Shown piece after piece: positions 1-13,422 of a stretch of 64,000 nucleotides of DNA. The notes beneath the pieces were generated by a model. It had not been told where the DNA came from. It made no database searches and was given only the letters and a program-made list of their open reading frames with translations. The position numbers and the translations under genes are program-made. The stretch comes from Felis catus (Eukaryota): the NCBI RefSeq assembly GCF_018350175.1, contig NC_058368.1:168208001-168272000 (forward strand), in the 5' to 3' direction. Position 1 is the stretch's first letter. Each line of letters begins with the position of its first letter.

Positions 1-57
1 ACTTACTTCAGATAAGAGAAACCAGGGAATATTTTTTCTGGAGACACTGGCATTTTA

Positions 58-290
58 TTTTTTTATTTTTTTTTTAATTTTTTTTTTCAACGTTTATTTA
101 TTTTGGGGACAGAGAGAGACAGAGCATGAACGGGGGAGGGGCAGAGAGAGAGGGAGACACAGAATCGGAAACAGGCTCCAGGCTCTGAGCCATCAGCCCA
201 GAGCCTGACGCGGGGCTCGAACTCACGGACCGCGAGATCGTGACCTGGCTGAAGTCGGACGCTTAACCGACTGCGCCACCCAGGCGCCCC
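58..290 (-). mobile_element. CanSINE (SINEC_Fc-type), young
   Basis: tRNA-derived head GGGGCGCCTGGGTGGCGCAGTCGGTTAAG, (CT)n region, A-tail; TSD tggcatttta at 48-57 and 291-300; CpGs intact. Confidence 0.95.
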
Positions 291-302
291 TGGCATTTTA
301 AA

Positions 303-456
303 TACCATGTTCCAAAGATCCTAAGACACATATTTTCATGTTTTAACATCTCTGAAACAGAACATATCCAGCAATGATGATGTGTCAGTTCAATTGGCAA
401 CTTTTTTTTTAGTGGTATATAAAATAATAATGCATTTTAGATTCAGTAAAGTACAA
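303..456. mobile_element. Ancient short non-autonomous DNA transposon (MER96-like MITE)
   Basis: Resembles the recalled consensus taccgtatttcatcgattctaagacgcacattttt...tttaacatctctgaaatc; imperfect terminal inverted repeats. Confidence 0.5.
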
Positions 457-823
457 TATATATGGATGAAGGGAATTCTGTAGAGAGTGGCAATACCCAA
501 GGCACAGTGTTGCAATTCCCAGCATGATGTTGGCATACATAGTTCGGGTTGGCTGGCATATAGTTGTATACAAAGAGGAGTAAGGAAATAAGGATGATGA
601 GGTAGACTGTTCCATCAATTTGTTTACCTGTGTCATTATCATTCTAGCTAATTTACTGTTGTTTTATGTGGCAAAGTATAAATTTGATATGTGCTAGGAT
701 GAGTCCACCCATACTGTACTTCAAAACCAATTCGCTCTTCTTGACGCTCTTCTATGTCAATTTTTAAATCAGACTGTCTAAGCACACCACCCCTGAGGCA
801 GGAAGGCTGTTCGCGAACGCACA

Positions 824-842
824 CAGCGCCCCCTCGTGGCGA
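824..842 (-). promoter_or_regulatory. CTCF-binding motif
   Basis: Minus strand TCGCCACGAGGGGGCGCTG matches the CTCF core consensus TGGCCACCAGGGGGCGCTA at 16/19 positions and lies in a CpG-retaining patch. Confidence 0.75.
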
Positions 843-851
843 AAGGGCATT

Positions 852-863
852 TGCGCATGCGCA
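852..863. promoter_or_regulatory. NRF1 palindromic motif
   Basis: Perfect TGCGCATGCGCA, the canonical NRF1 site, about 10 bp from the CTCF motif. Confidence 0.7.
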
Positions 864-1989
864 GAGCGCCCATTCGAAATGCAAGGTTAGTTGCATTTGC
901 GCGCAAACCATGCTGGGCGAGGTAGGCCATCTACGCTAATGCTGAGAAAAGCTACTAGTTGGGATTTCGATCAAAATTGTATTGAACTTAATGGTTTCAT
1001 TTGGGGAGAATTTCTATTCTTGTATTCCCATCCAAAAACGTGGTATCTCCATTTATTTAGATCTTACATCTTTCAATAAAGTTGGGTAATTTTTTCCATA
1101 GAGGTCTTGTACATCTTTTGTTGAGTTTAGTCCCTGGTATTTACTTTTGGGATTTGTTATTATAAATGGCGTTTAAGTTATGTTCGGTAAATTTATGGAA
1201 TATTTAGCAATCTCAAGTATATAAGACAATACAATACGTTTAATCTTGTTTTCCTATGTTTATACATATCACAATTTAAAAATTAACAAAAATATTTCCA
1301 TGATACACAAAATACTGCAACTTCAAAAGTCCAAATAAAAGATTCATAACTCATATGCAACTTCATTTAAAATAACTAAAGCACAGATATAAACTGTCCT
1401 GGAAATAACATAGCATCCAAAATCATATACAACACATATAAAATGTTGGATTAAATACTGGATTAGATCTACTTCTGCAATTTTGAAATAAATAATGGCA
1501 TCAAAACAATTATGCTTGCTCACTTTAGTGATTTTATTCTGTCAACTCCCCATTTGCCATACCAACTGAAAGAAACACTGACACATACAACAACAACAAA
1601 AAAGCAGATATTGTGCCCACGTGAGTTAAATGTACACTAAAAAGTTAGGCATCCCCTAAATTTGTAGGTATCCAGAACAGCTGGGTCATTATCCACTCTC
1701 CTTTCCCTTAAGACAACTTCACTGATCACATGAGATAGATGGTGGCAGGGAACTGAATTTACTGGCAGGAGAAACAAATCCCAGCTAGTTCCCTTAAAAT
1801 CCAAAATAGACTATACACAGACATTTCTTTTCCCAAAATTTCTCTGACCCAATTTCTAAATTCTCCTTACTCTTTTGCTGTTTTTCTTAGAGAGTCATTA
1901 ACAAGCTAAAAAAACAAAATCAACAAAATGAGTTTGGGACCAGTTTGGCTAACTTCCAAATTTCTATCTCTTGGGCTCCAGATCTTTGG

Positions 1990-2760
1990 ACGTACCTAAG
2001 CTAGCGTTCTCTCACATCTCAAAAATGGCATGCTTACTACTAAAGTCCAACTCTATCTCAAAACTATGTCCTCTTTCCATTAGTCCCAATGTCACTGGTA
2101 GTAGTTCAAACTAGATACCTGTCCTTGAGTACTCAAAACAAACAAACAAACAAACAAAACATTGTGAACCTCAACAACCAATTAATCATCAAGACCTGCT
2201 GGCTGACTCTATCTCCTTAATACCCTCCTTTTCTACTCTCACTGCCACTTAGTTCAGGCACTCTCTTTCCTGTACTGCAGTAATTTCCTAAATTGCCCTT
2301 TCTTCCCTCATCCTCCATAGTATGGCCAGAATAATCTTTCAACATGTAAATGGGTACATGTTCCTCTCCTGGTTAAAATTCTTTAATGCCTCACCAATGC
2401 CTCCAGGATAATATCCAAAATTATTAGCATAACATCCCAAAAAGTTTTATAGACTATATCTCTAGTCAGCCTCATGGTCCACAGCCCCCTCGTTCAAGCC
2501 CTGCTCTCTAAATGTCCCCACACCTCTGCACATACTGCTCCCTCAACCTCAAACCCCTTCTTTATTTTCTAATACCACCTGGAAATATTCTTCAATTCCT
2601 TGTAAATGAGCTGAAGCAAAATAATCTCACAAAAACCTTCCCTGAATCCTTAAAAAGACTTAAGCACTGCTCTAAGTTCCTTTTGTACCACTTCTTATAG
2701 CACTTGTAACACTGCATTTTAATTCTCTATTATGTTTTTCTCTTCCTAAATAATATTTCA
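1990..2760. mobile_element. Degraded L2 fragments
   Basis: L2-type pyrimidine-rich motifs (ctactctcactgccac, ggccagaataatctttc, ttaaaattctttaatgcctc, cttatagcacttg). Confidence 0.55.
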
Positions 2761-2780
2761 TTAAGAAATATCCCAACTTA

Positions 2781-3000
2781 GGGGTGCCTGGGTGGCTAAG
2801 TCGGCTAAGTGTCTGACTTTGGCTCAGGTCATGATCTCACGGTTTGTGAGTTCAAGTCGCATGTTAGGCTCTTTGCTGACAGCTCAGAGCCTGGAGCCTG
2901 TTTCAGATTCTGCATCTCCCTCTCTCTCTGCCCCTCCCCTGCTCACGCTCTGTCTCCCTCTGTCTTTAAAATAAATAAACATTTAAAAAAATTTAAAAAA
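2781..3000 (+). mobile_element. CanSINE
   Basis: ggggtgcctgggtggct head, CT tract, A tail; TSD aagaaata(t/c)cccaactta. Confidence 0.93.
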
Positions 3001-3380
3001 AGAAATACCCCAACTTAAATCATAGTGTTTATTAGACACCGAAGTATTTGTTGAATACACATTGTATTTCTATTAGCTTATTATTTTGAAAATATTGTCA
3101 TCACTGATATTTTAAAATTAAAATATTTCTTGGTAGGAATAACAGTTACATCTTACAATGAGAAATTTTCATTATAAAGTGAAATGCTACATATTAATAT
3201 GGGTTATATATTGAATATAAAAATATAAAATTGAAATATTTCATGCTAATGTTAAGTGGCTTATTCATTTAAGAAATACTGAAAGCTTTCTGATCTAAAC
3301 AAAACTGTGAAAACTAAATCAATAATTAAAAGGTATTTTCAAGTAAGGAACGATGTATCATTTTATTCCTAGAAAATAAT

Positions 3381-3603
3381 TTTTTTTTTAATTTTTTTTT
3401 CAACATTTATTTATTTTTGGGACAGAGAGAGACAGAGCATGAACGGGGGAGGGGCAGAGAGAGAGGGAGACACAGAATCGGAAACAGGCTCCAGGCTCTG
3501 AGCCATCAGCCCAGAGCCCGACACGGGGCTCGAACTCACAGACTGCGAGATCATGACCTGGCTGAAGTCAGACGCTTAACCGACTGCGCCACCCAGGCGC
3601 CCC
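3381..3603 (-). mobile_element. CanSINE (SINEC_Fc-type)
   Basis: Reverse-complement head at 3603, T-tract at 3381; TSD gaaaataattt. Confidence 0.95.
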
Positions 3604-5094
3604 GAAAATAATTTTAAAATATTTGTTTCTTCTAAGTTTTAACATCCCTATGTTATTCTGAATACACAACTCTTAGGGAATAATATACGATTTACTAAAC
3701 AATAAAATAAAATTCAAGATTATAAGTCTTCAGACTGTATTCATCCTTGAATGTTTAATTAAATTCCCCAAATAAATTAATTTACTAAATTATGGCATCT
3801 TTTATAATCATAAGATGAAATAACATACAAAGAGTCAACAGAAAGCCATTTGCAGTTAAATTATTAATTGCAGACTGCACAAATTATTTAAGAATATTAT
3901 CAACAGTAAGCATCTTACTCAGGAGTAATGTATGTCAATCAAAAAAGAAAAAAATTCAAAGCAGACACACATAATATTAAACACAGACTGTCAAAGGTAT
4001 ACTTGTTTCCAACATAAGCATTCAAAGAAAATGATACATACCAAGATATTTTAAAGTTATGCAATATGTTAATGATACTAGATTACAAAATATAAGATCC
4101 AACCCCACAAAGAATCAAATTTCTTTTTACCCCGTTGTCTGAAAAAACACCTTTTATAATTCCAAGAAGTTGTAAACTCCTTAAAAATACCTTGCGTTTA
4201 CAATCTAAGCTAATATTAACATTACTCAGTGATTCTCATTCATTATGAATGCTTTTATGAATTTTTGAGGAGAACTGTCTAGATTCGGAGGTCTATTTCC
4301 CAATGGATGTTTTTAACCTTTATCTCCCAATGCCAAATGGTAAATAAAGATTTCTAACTAAAGAAATAAAATTTAACTATAACATCATATATTATAAAAA
4401 AATTGACATTTCCTTATGTACCCATCTATCCTCCCTCTAAAACCATGGAAAGAAAATCAGGGCAATATTTACTTTGAACTTGGCTGGAAATGATGAGGAA
4501 ATTCATCAAGTCATTAAGGATGGAAGAAAGTAAAAACAAACAAACAACCAAAAACACTAGTAAAGCTAAGACTGTCAAGTCACAAAGAAGTCTATTTCTG
4601 CCATAAGCCTTGTGACAGAATGACTTATTTCAAACATTCCACAGTTGTCTTTTAAAACCTTCTACTAATATTACTATAATCCAGACTTTGGAGGTGGGGG
4701 GGAACCTATGCTAGGCCTTCATCTTTTAATTTAAAAGTCTACCTAAAAAAAAAAAAAAAGGTGTCAATTTTTTTATTTATCTTCTTAACAATATTTCTCT
4801 GTAGCTGTAAAAAACATTTTGGTAAACAGTTTAGAGTGATATTACTTTAACATAATATGACAACTTTAAGACAAGATTAAGCAGTTATTTGTATATGTAC
4901 ACATATTTTATTAAACTCTAAAGAGCAAACTCACTAAAACTTTAAACCATTCATTACTCAGTTACAATGGTTTTCATATAGTCAAGATTTTAAATTAGCT
5001 TCAAATGTGATATTTTACTACAAAAACATCTTTAAATAATTGCTTCAAATTTGTGTACTTCCCCCAATTTTGAATGTATTAAATGGTTTATTTT

Positions 5095-5215
5095 GTTTTT
5101 TAAATGTTAACATTTATTGAGCCTTTATTATGTATCAGGCACTGTTCTAAGCACATTACACATGTAAATACATTTAGGGACTGAGTAATTAAGTAAATTG
5201 CTCTAGGAGACAAAG
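5095..5215 (-). mobile_element. MIR fragment
   Basis: aacatttattgagc...tatgtatcaggcactgttctaagcac is the MIR 3' motif. Confidence 0.6.
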
Positions 5216-8200
5216 TAGACAAACTCTTTAAGTTTACAGCCTCTTGTGTGCCAAGGACTATGCCTGGGACTTAAAATTCAAAATTCAAACAAACAAACAA
5301 ACAAAACCATAGTCACCGGTTTCAGGGACTTCATAACTATTTATACCAGTATAAACTAACAACTCTTTCAGTAATAAAAGACCTTCTAGTAATATGATCC
5401 AATTGCTGGTAGAGCTCAAATTAGTATAATTAAATTCTTCAAAAGACTGTTCACAAAGGAGAGGACATTTGGTTTCAATGGGTGGGAAAGGGAAGAGGAA
5501 AAAGTAAGGCAGTAGATTGGAACCTGTAAGGACCTCTAAGGTCCCAGTAAAATGCCATCTGAAAGAATTTAGAATTGATTGCATAGTAGGCAATTGAGAT
5601 CTAAAGAATAATTTTAATATGACCAGCCAAGTGTTTTAGTAGAAAAACAAAACAAAAAATGTCTCAGTGCTATTGAAGATAAGGTGAAATAGAAAAGAGA
5701 TTAAAAACAATAAAATTAGTTAGGTAGCTACTGGAATAGTCAGAGGAATGAGGAAGATTGAAGCAGAGCAGTAGTATGGAGAAGAGAATGAAGAGTCTTT
5801 GCCAGTGCTTAGAAACTGGGGAAGATGAGACAGGACTGACACTGAAGTTTCCAGCTTGGAAAACTAGCAAGAAGCGGTAACATTAAAGGGATATAGGAAA
5901 AAGCAACAGGAGTTGAGGGGAATTGGGGTATGATTCATGATTTGAAATAATCTAATATAACTGACACTACTAGTCTTAATTTTTATATAAAAAGTCAGTT
6001 ACTTTCAGTTATGATATATAAAATACCAACGTAAATTTCTTAAACATTTCTTTTGGCTGTATTTATACTGTTTTCTTGGCAAAAATACATCTAACACTAA
6101 GCATGGAATTTCTTCTTGGAAAGTATAACCTAAAATAAAAAGATCAACCTCCCTAAAACCCAAAAGGACTGATTTATTTACTGTACATTATTAATGTATG
6201 AGGGGTTAAGACTTTGATACAGCTGTAGCGCTCACTTTGATGTCAGCAGTGAAAGAAGTACCACAGTTGCCTTCTGCAACTAGTCTTAATGAAAATATAG
6301 TTTTCACATCTCTGAGAGTATCAAATGTCACTTCAGACCTTTTTTGCTTTGCTCTGAGTAGTTTTATTAACATTCGTATTCATATCAATTATTAAAATTA
6401 ACATTTTAAAATTAGTAATTTGCTTTATCAATGTCTACTTGAGTTATAAGTATCCATTTCAAGCAAAATAAAACATTCAGCATGACAGTGTAAAATTATT
6501 TTAAAAGCTGCAATAAAAACAGTAATTGCTTTTTCTAGTGTAAGAATTCTTACTTTCTTTTTACTTCAAACTGTTACTAAGAAAGAAAAACAAATAGAAA
6601 AGGATTTCTTTTTCTAAAACATTAAATCCAGCAGCATTCAGCTAATGCATAGATAACATAGGAAACGTCAAACTGTTCTTCCTCAATTTGATAGTTTCCA
6701 CATAACGCAAATAAAATAATTATTTCTTTTAATAACTTAATAGGTACACAGAGGGTTAAGACCATCCACTTCCTTAAGAGGGTAACATATAATTCAGCAG
6801 AATATAGCAATAAAGTTAGGAAAACTTACTTATACAGTATATCTTATACAGTAAAGATGATAAAAGTGGATCAATTTATAATCTGTAATAATAAAGGCAT
6901 TCGGGTGAACTTTATGAAATACAGTTTTTAGAAGTAAATCTATACTGTGACAGAATTATATAAGACCTCTGTTGTTAAGAAATGTAATTACTTAACAACA
7001 AAATATTTTTGCTGAAATCACAAATGAAAATACATATGTTTGACCAACAGGTGGTGCTCAATTTCCACTTACAAAGAAAATAAATCTTCCCCAAAGCATT
7101 TCCAGCACAATGAAATCATTTTCAGACTATGTGGCAATTTTAAAAACTCAAACATCAGGAGAAAACCCAGTGCATAAACATTATTTTAACTGTTTCTACT
7201 GCACAGAGAAAAATAATTTTGGTTACCTTGCAAAAGAATTTTAAGACTGACACTGACTGCCCATTCATCTACAGAAGAGTGCTAAAACAGTTTTAAAATT
7301 TTGCTGAAACATTTCTTTTCAAAATTAACATTGAATACTGCAAAAAAAAATGTTAAACAACTCAGAAATATACTTTAAAAAATTAACCCAGTATTTATTA
7401 TAAATTAAAAAATAATTTTAGGTCATTTTATACCAAATCATGCTTCAGAATTCTAAGTATTTAACATTCTATCCTTTGCTGGAAAGATAGCTTTAAAAAC
7501 AAAACAAACAAACAAAACTAAGAAATTCAGCTAAGCCAGAAATCAGTATATTTCTGAAAATTTAGGTTTCTATAGGCCATTATACTCTTTATTCGTAAAA
7601 AGAGTTGAAGCCCCAATTGTCTGGCTGAATTCTAACTCTAAGTGCCATTCTCACCAAAGCAATGCTTTTACTTCTTACCAGAAGAATGATAAAACAATTT
7701 CAGTCTTGCATTTCCACAAATACCCAATTAGGGCTTCTATTATACAATTTGAAATTTATCTATTAAACAACTAATTCTTTCTTCTTCTAATGGGAGAAAC
7801 AGAGTACTACAGAAATTCTGCAAAACCTAATAGCATTATATGATAAAAAATACTCCAACACAATAATCTTTAATCTATTCAAGCTACACTGTTCTTGCTA
7901 CTTAATGTAAAGATAAGGCAAAAAGTATTTGGCTACTGAATGTCAAAAAGAAGGATAGAAGACATTAAGAAAATTTACTTTTTTGCATAAAACCTGTGCA
8001 CAGAAAAAGGCACTGCTAATCTATTAGTCAAAGGGAGAGCTATAAAGCAGGATAGACACAGATTTAAACTAAAATCCAAACAAAACAATTTCAATGGCTT
8101 TTTAGTTTTATTGGAAGCACCCAAAGCCCTAAGTTTTGCTTTACAAAAATTAAATGCCACTGATTACTAAGTTGCTTAATGGTGTTAAGAAGAAATCAGT

Positions 8201-10269
8201 TCAAATTCAGTCTGAGAGATGGGAAACAATGTTATAATTGCAGAAAATAGAAATAAATTTTTAAAAATAGCAAAGCTCCCGATCAACACAAAACACAATT
8301 CATCCCTTGATAATACACTATTTTCTCATACAGAATTTTAAAGCGTCATAAGTCTTAACAATTCCTAATTCATTCTATTTGATTTTTAGAATCATGCTTA
8401 TTTATTCCCTGTTATTAACTAGTCATTAATCAAAAACCTAATTTAGTTCTTACATATTTTCAAAAAGCAGCAAAAAAATTTAAACTTCATACTTTAGCAT
8501 TTAAAAATATATATATTTATTCTTGCACTTTATAAGGTGACTCTTTTCTTCCACATCCACATCAAAATTCTGGCTGGCTGAGCTAAACAATATTTAAAAT
8601 TAACTTTCAGTTTTATAAAGTGCCATTATTTCATTAAAATACAACATATCAAATTTTCCTGTTACCTAACTGCCAATAGAGACACCTAATTATAATGAGT
8701 GCACATCGAAAAAGTAGCCCCAATTTTTTGCTGTTATTCTACAGCAGTCTGATTTATACCAGTTTTTAGAATTCTCTAACATTGTTAAAGTCATTTAGTC
8801 GAGTCTACCAAAATCTTGTTTTTCTTTTAAACTGATGGCAGAATTATACCTTTATGATATACAAGATAAATTCCCAGTTTGCAACTAGTTTAAAGCTCCT
8901 CAAATAAATCCCTCCCTTCTACTCCTTAGTAAACCCCCACAAGACACCATATTTTGTGCATACAGAACAGCTTCTCATTGTTTTCTTCATATCTACACAA
9001 GCATGTTTACATTACAGAAATATGTACCAGAAAACAAAGATATACTTAGTTTAGAGATAGAAAAATGTTTCAGTTACAATGTAAAAGTTACTGAATATGG
9101 AAAGAAAAGCTAGCAGGTAGTTAGGCTCACTTCTACACAATCTTTCCACTTCAGATAAAGATATGTATTTCCTACAGAAAACTCACTGGCTTTTACTTTT
9201 CAATAAATTGCCAAAATGAGTATCTATACTTTAAAACACAAAAAATATAAAAATTTAAGTCAAAAAAAAAAAAAAAGGCCAGTCTGTCCCTGTTCACAAT
9301 TGCCTGCTTGTCCAGCAAGACCTGGGTCCCTAGGTAAGTTATCCACTCTGCAGGAGCTGATGAAAGTAGTGCATGTGAAATTCGGAAGGCTCCAGAAGGA
9401 ACTAAATAGCGTGGAACACAATAACACGATAAAATGTCAGTCGAGAATCTGAAAAAAAGGGTAGATGTCATGGAAAAATCATTAGATATTTCTTCCCAGA
9501 ACATCTAAAATGATGGGTAAATGAACCTAAATGTGCAAATTTAGACCCTAAACTTAAAGATTTCATAAAATGAATTTCTTAGAGCTCAAAAGTAATGTGT
9601 CCATTCTCACAGGGAATTTTGATTACAGTTCCAAGTTTGTACAATCTATACTTTCTAAAACCAGAAATAAATGGTTACATTTCAGACTCTGATTTGAAAT
9701 TTTCAAAAAATGTTTTAAACTAATCACTGGTTCTGCTAATGATTAGAGTACATGGTTTCATTTTTATATCTCTGGCTCAAGAAATTTTAGTGACATAACT
9801 AAAATAATTTTATATACACTTTACTATTCAAAAATCTAAAATGAATAATTCTTTACACAGAGACACACTCTCTTTCCCCTACTTGTTCAAAGTGGCCTAA
9901 TTTAGAGACAAATAGATTCACAATTTTTTTCATGTACAACTTTCGGAATTGTACAATAAATGTGTCCAAAAAGAAAGATAATGGTTTTAATTAAATGTGC
10001 AGACCAAATTACCTACTGTATTATAGGGCAGTTGTTAAAAATTAATGGCTATAAAAGACCTGATTCTTTTATATTACTTAATTATCTCCATATGGAGATT
10101 TTTACTGTAAAGTAAATATGTTTAACAATGTTCTATATACAGAAAGATGTATTCATTCTATGGAGTTTTACTTAGTTTTATTTTGCTATGGTAGCAATTT
10201 GAGAAAACCTAGAGGGCAGCTCCTAGACCTAAAAATTATTCATTAGTATGAAATAAGTCACTTAGCTTC

Positions 10270-10273
<4 letters not shown>

Positions 10274-10318
<45 letters not shown>
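10274..10318. repeat. (CA)n microsatellite
   Basis: Perfect CA run of ~22 units. Confidence 0.98.
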
Positions 10319-10320
<2 letters not shown>

Positions 10321-12559
10321 GCAACAAAGAGAAAGGAAAAAAATAAAGATGTGTATTTCTGTCTACATTTTTGTTACCTAGAATTTATATAATGAAGGCC
10401 TACATGGAATTGTTTTATATATATAAGGGTAGAGTTCTGCTAGTTCCAAAATATTGTTGACTCAAAATGATTTATAATTAAAGATCACAGTTAGGAAAAT
10501 AAAATGAATATCAAAGAATATATGTATGTTTAAATATGTTTATAGTTTAAAATAATAGCTTAAAATATGGTCTATAATTAGATTATAGACTGTAGTAAAG
10601 TATATGTATACATGAACATAATAAAAAGCAACATACCTACTAAAGGTTTTTTCTATGAAATGAAACTGATTCATAAAGTAACCACTGTAGCATTTTAATT
10701 ATAGCTTTTCACTGCATTTTTGTCTACTGAATGTAAGAAACAGTACAAATAAAACTCAAGGATCTCTGAGTTGTTATTTCTACCACTTGTTAATTCTGAG
10801 ACCTTTGGCTTTATTTTGTTGCTCGGTTTTCTATCAACTACTCTCAAAATGGAGGAGGCACATATTTATATAGATAAATTAAATGATAAAAACCTAAAAT
10901 GAGTTTAAAAGCTTTAAAATGCATATTAATAAATGGAATTTTTAAAACAAGTCACCTTTTCATGAAGAACTGTTGGCACCATCTGAATTACAAAACAATT
11001 TTAAGCCAGTAATTTTACAACATTTCTTTTAGCACACAGTTACTACAGTTTACCTATGCTGCAAGATTCTGACATCTTTCTTACACAGACAGCACTTGAA
11101 GTCACATTTCTCATGGACAAAGATTTAAATACTATGTTAACTACTATCTTTATATAATGGAAATTTAATTGAGGTAAATTTTATATTTTTGTTTTTATTT
11201 GTAATTCTGTAGATCTAGTCTTAAGAAAAAAAATTAAAAGCTGGAGAAATAATACTTATTCTTGCATCAATGCTAAGTGATAAAGCTTCATTATTCCTGG
11301 AAAATTACAGTTATCAGCATAAATGGAGTTATCAGTTATAGTCAATTATATCAATTATAAGTTATCAGTATCAACAGAGTAGGTTATTATTTACTCAGAG
11401 ACATATTTTCCTATTTAGAAGAAGAGTAAAAAATTCAGAATCCAAAGAAGTTTGGCACATTAATTCCTCGAATGATAATTTCTATGAATTTATAAATAAA
11501 CTGGTAATAACAAAATCTAAATATTTCTCATTCTTAATGGGAGATATGAGTATTGATATAACAGGATAACTAATTTTAAGAATACCTCCTAGTAGGACAG
11601 GCAATCCAACCATTTCTCATGTCGTGATTGAAATATGACATTTCTGTGCGCCAACCCATCATAAGTCTTTCTGAAAAACATGCCACAAATTTGGACCAAT
11701 CAATAAAGCAGTTGGTCAAGGCTAATTTAGCTGAAAATACAGATGTCATCAATGTAACTAAACTGACACATCCAAGGAAAAACAAAAGTTTACACTAAAA
11801 TAGACAAAGATAGTCTAATGATTACTCCTAAATGAATATAAAGTCATCACTAGTCAAAAATACTTCAAAAAAGAATTATATCAATACAATGTCATTGAGT
11901 AATTTCCCTAAAAAAAGTGAGTGGAGGGTTCATCTTTGTTTTTGGAATAATTACTTCAAACAGAGTCTCAAAAAGAAAGTTAGAAATCCAGATTGCTTCC
12001 TGACTCTACTCAGTTAAGTTGTTACAAGACTCTCCAAACAAATCTTTAGCCTGAAGAAATAATCACTTCCAAATTAGCCCTTTTAAAAAAGTGAATTAGC
12101 TCATCATTGCCTAGGCCTCAGAGAGGCACTGAAAAATTAAGATACTTAGAAAACGTAATTCTACACACAAAACCTGAAAACTTTCTTCTAAAGAAGCAAC
12201 TATAATTAAGATAATAATTTTCCTCATCAAAATGCCTAAACCTAATTGAACCATTTAGGAAATATATGCAGTATTTCAATTTAAGTGATATTTACTATAT
12301 TTAAATATTTTAAAGAATAGTATGTTTGTAATTTGTGGGATATTTTAATTCAAAGTGTTTTACAGACATTGGCATATGGCCCTTATATATATACATACAC
12401 ACTAATAGTTTTTTTTGCAATGTACTCTATGGAATTCATATGTAGATATAATTTGTTTTTGTTTTTGTTTTTTTAAGAAAAACCTATGCTGAATGAAAAA
12501 CTGGTGATAATTCACAGTTCAAAATATTTTTTTTTATTTTATAAAAAAGCCACAGAATT

Positions 12560-12650
12560 GAGATGCCTGGCTGGCTCAATCAGTAGAACATGTGACTCCT
12601 GAAACCAGGGTCGTAGTTCAAGCCCCAGATGGGATGCAGATTACTTAAAA
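12560..12650 (+). mobile_element. Short older CanSINE (head only)
   Basis: gatgcctggctggctcaatcagtagaacatgtgactc...gttcaagcccc; TSD-like aag(c/g)cacagaatt. Confidence 0.75.
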
Positions 12651-12715
12651 GGAAGGCACAGAATTCCTCTCAGCCAAAAATGTTACAATTAAGTTAACAT
12701 GTAACTCAATGTAAC

Positions 12716-12731
12716 GGGGGGGGGGGGGGGG
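12716..12731 (+). repeat. Poly-G run (16 G)
   Basis: Read directly. Confidence 0.95.
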
Positions 12732-12813
12732 AGGTGATTTGCATGCACTTACTAAATAGAGTACCTAATATATAAGGGGCAAACACTACCGACTTTTTAA
12801 AAAAACAGTTGTA

Positions 12814-13015
12814 GGGGTGTCTGGGTGGCTCAGTCGGCTTCAGCTCAGGTCATGATCTCACGGTCTGAGAGTTTGAGCCCTGCGTTGGGTTCTGTGCTGA
12901 TAGCTCAGAGCCTGGAGCCGGTTTCTGTTTCTGTGTCTCCCTCTCTCTCTGCCCCTCACCAATTTGCGCTTTGTCTCTCTCTGCCTTTCAAAAATGAATA
13001 AATGTTAAAATTTTT
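12814..13015 (+). mobile_element. CanSINE
   Basis: Head, CT tract, tail; TSD aaaaaacagttgta. Confidence 0.92.
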
Positions 13016-13370
13016 TCTTTTTTTAAAAAACAGTTGTACACCAAATTGTACAGCTTCACCATTACATTAAAGTCCCTGGTTCAAATCCAGCTAGTGTTAG
13101 TAACAACACAAAGTGCTTAAGTCTTAATATAAACATCCTTCCTAAGGCTCAGAAAGGTCATGAGATTCTTTCATATATAAGAATGCTTGAAAATATACTC
13201 CCTTTACTAACTGTGGTCTCTAAATTACCTGGTATAGGACTCAAGTAACAGCCATATAGTGAACCACAATGGATGGCTAAAAACAGAGCAAAATGACCAC
13301 CATTAGATGAGCCACAGAGATCACATTTCCAGTACCAGCTCAATTCCATTTGACCAAAACACTTCTCCCC

Positions 13371-13371
<1 letters not shown>

Positions 13372-13418
<47 letters not shown>
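13372..13418. repeat. (CA)n microsatellite
   Basis: Perfect CA run; source of the spurious VC/HT-repeat ORFs. Confidence 0.98.

Positions 13419-13422
<4 letters not shown>

Larger units (their letters stand above)
605..1175 (-). mobile_element. Old L1M ORF2 fragment (antisense), interrupted at ~785-945 by a CpG-rich segment
   Basis: tgttccatcaatttg...ttttaaatcagactgtc and ttgggatttcgatc...ctccatttatttagatctt...gaggtcttgtacatcttttgttgag match contiguous antisense L1 ORF2 sequence. Confidence 0.7.

Noticed and set aside
87..308. Recurrent ORFs such as GAPGWRSRLSVRLQPGHDL and MGQRETEHERGRG (also 2792, 3417, 31745, 41186, 61359, 63273)
   Set aside because: Translations of CanSINE sequence, not genes.
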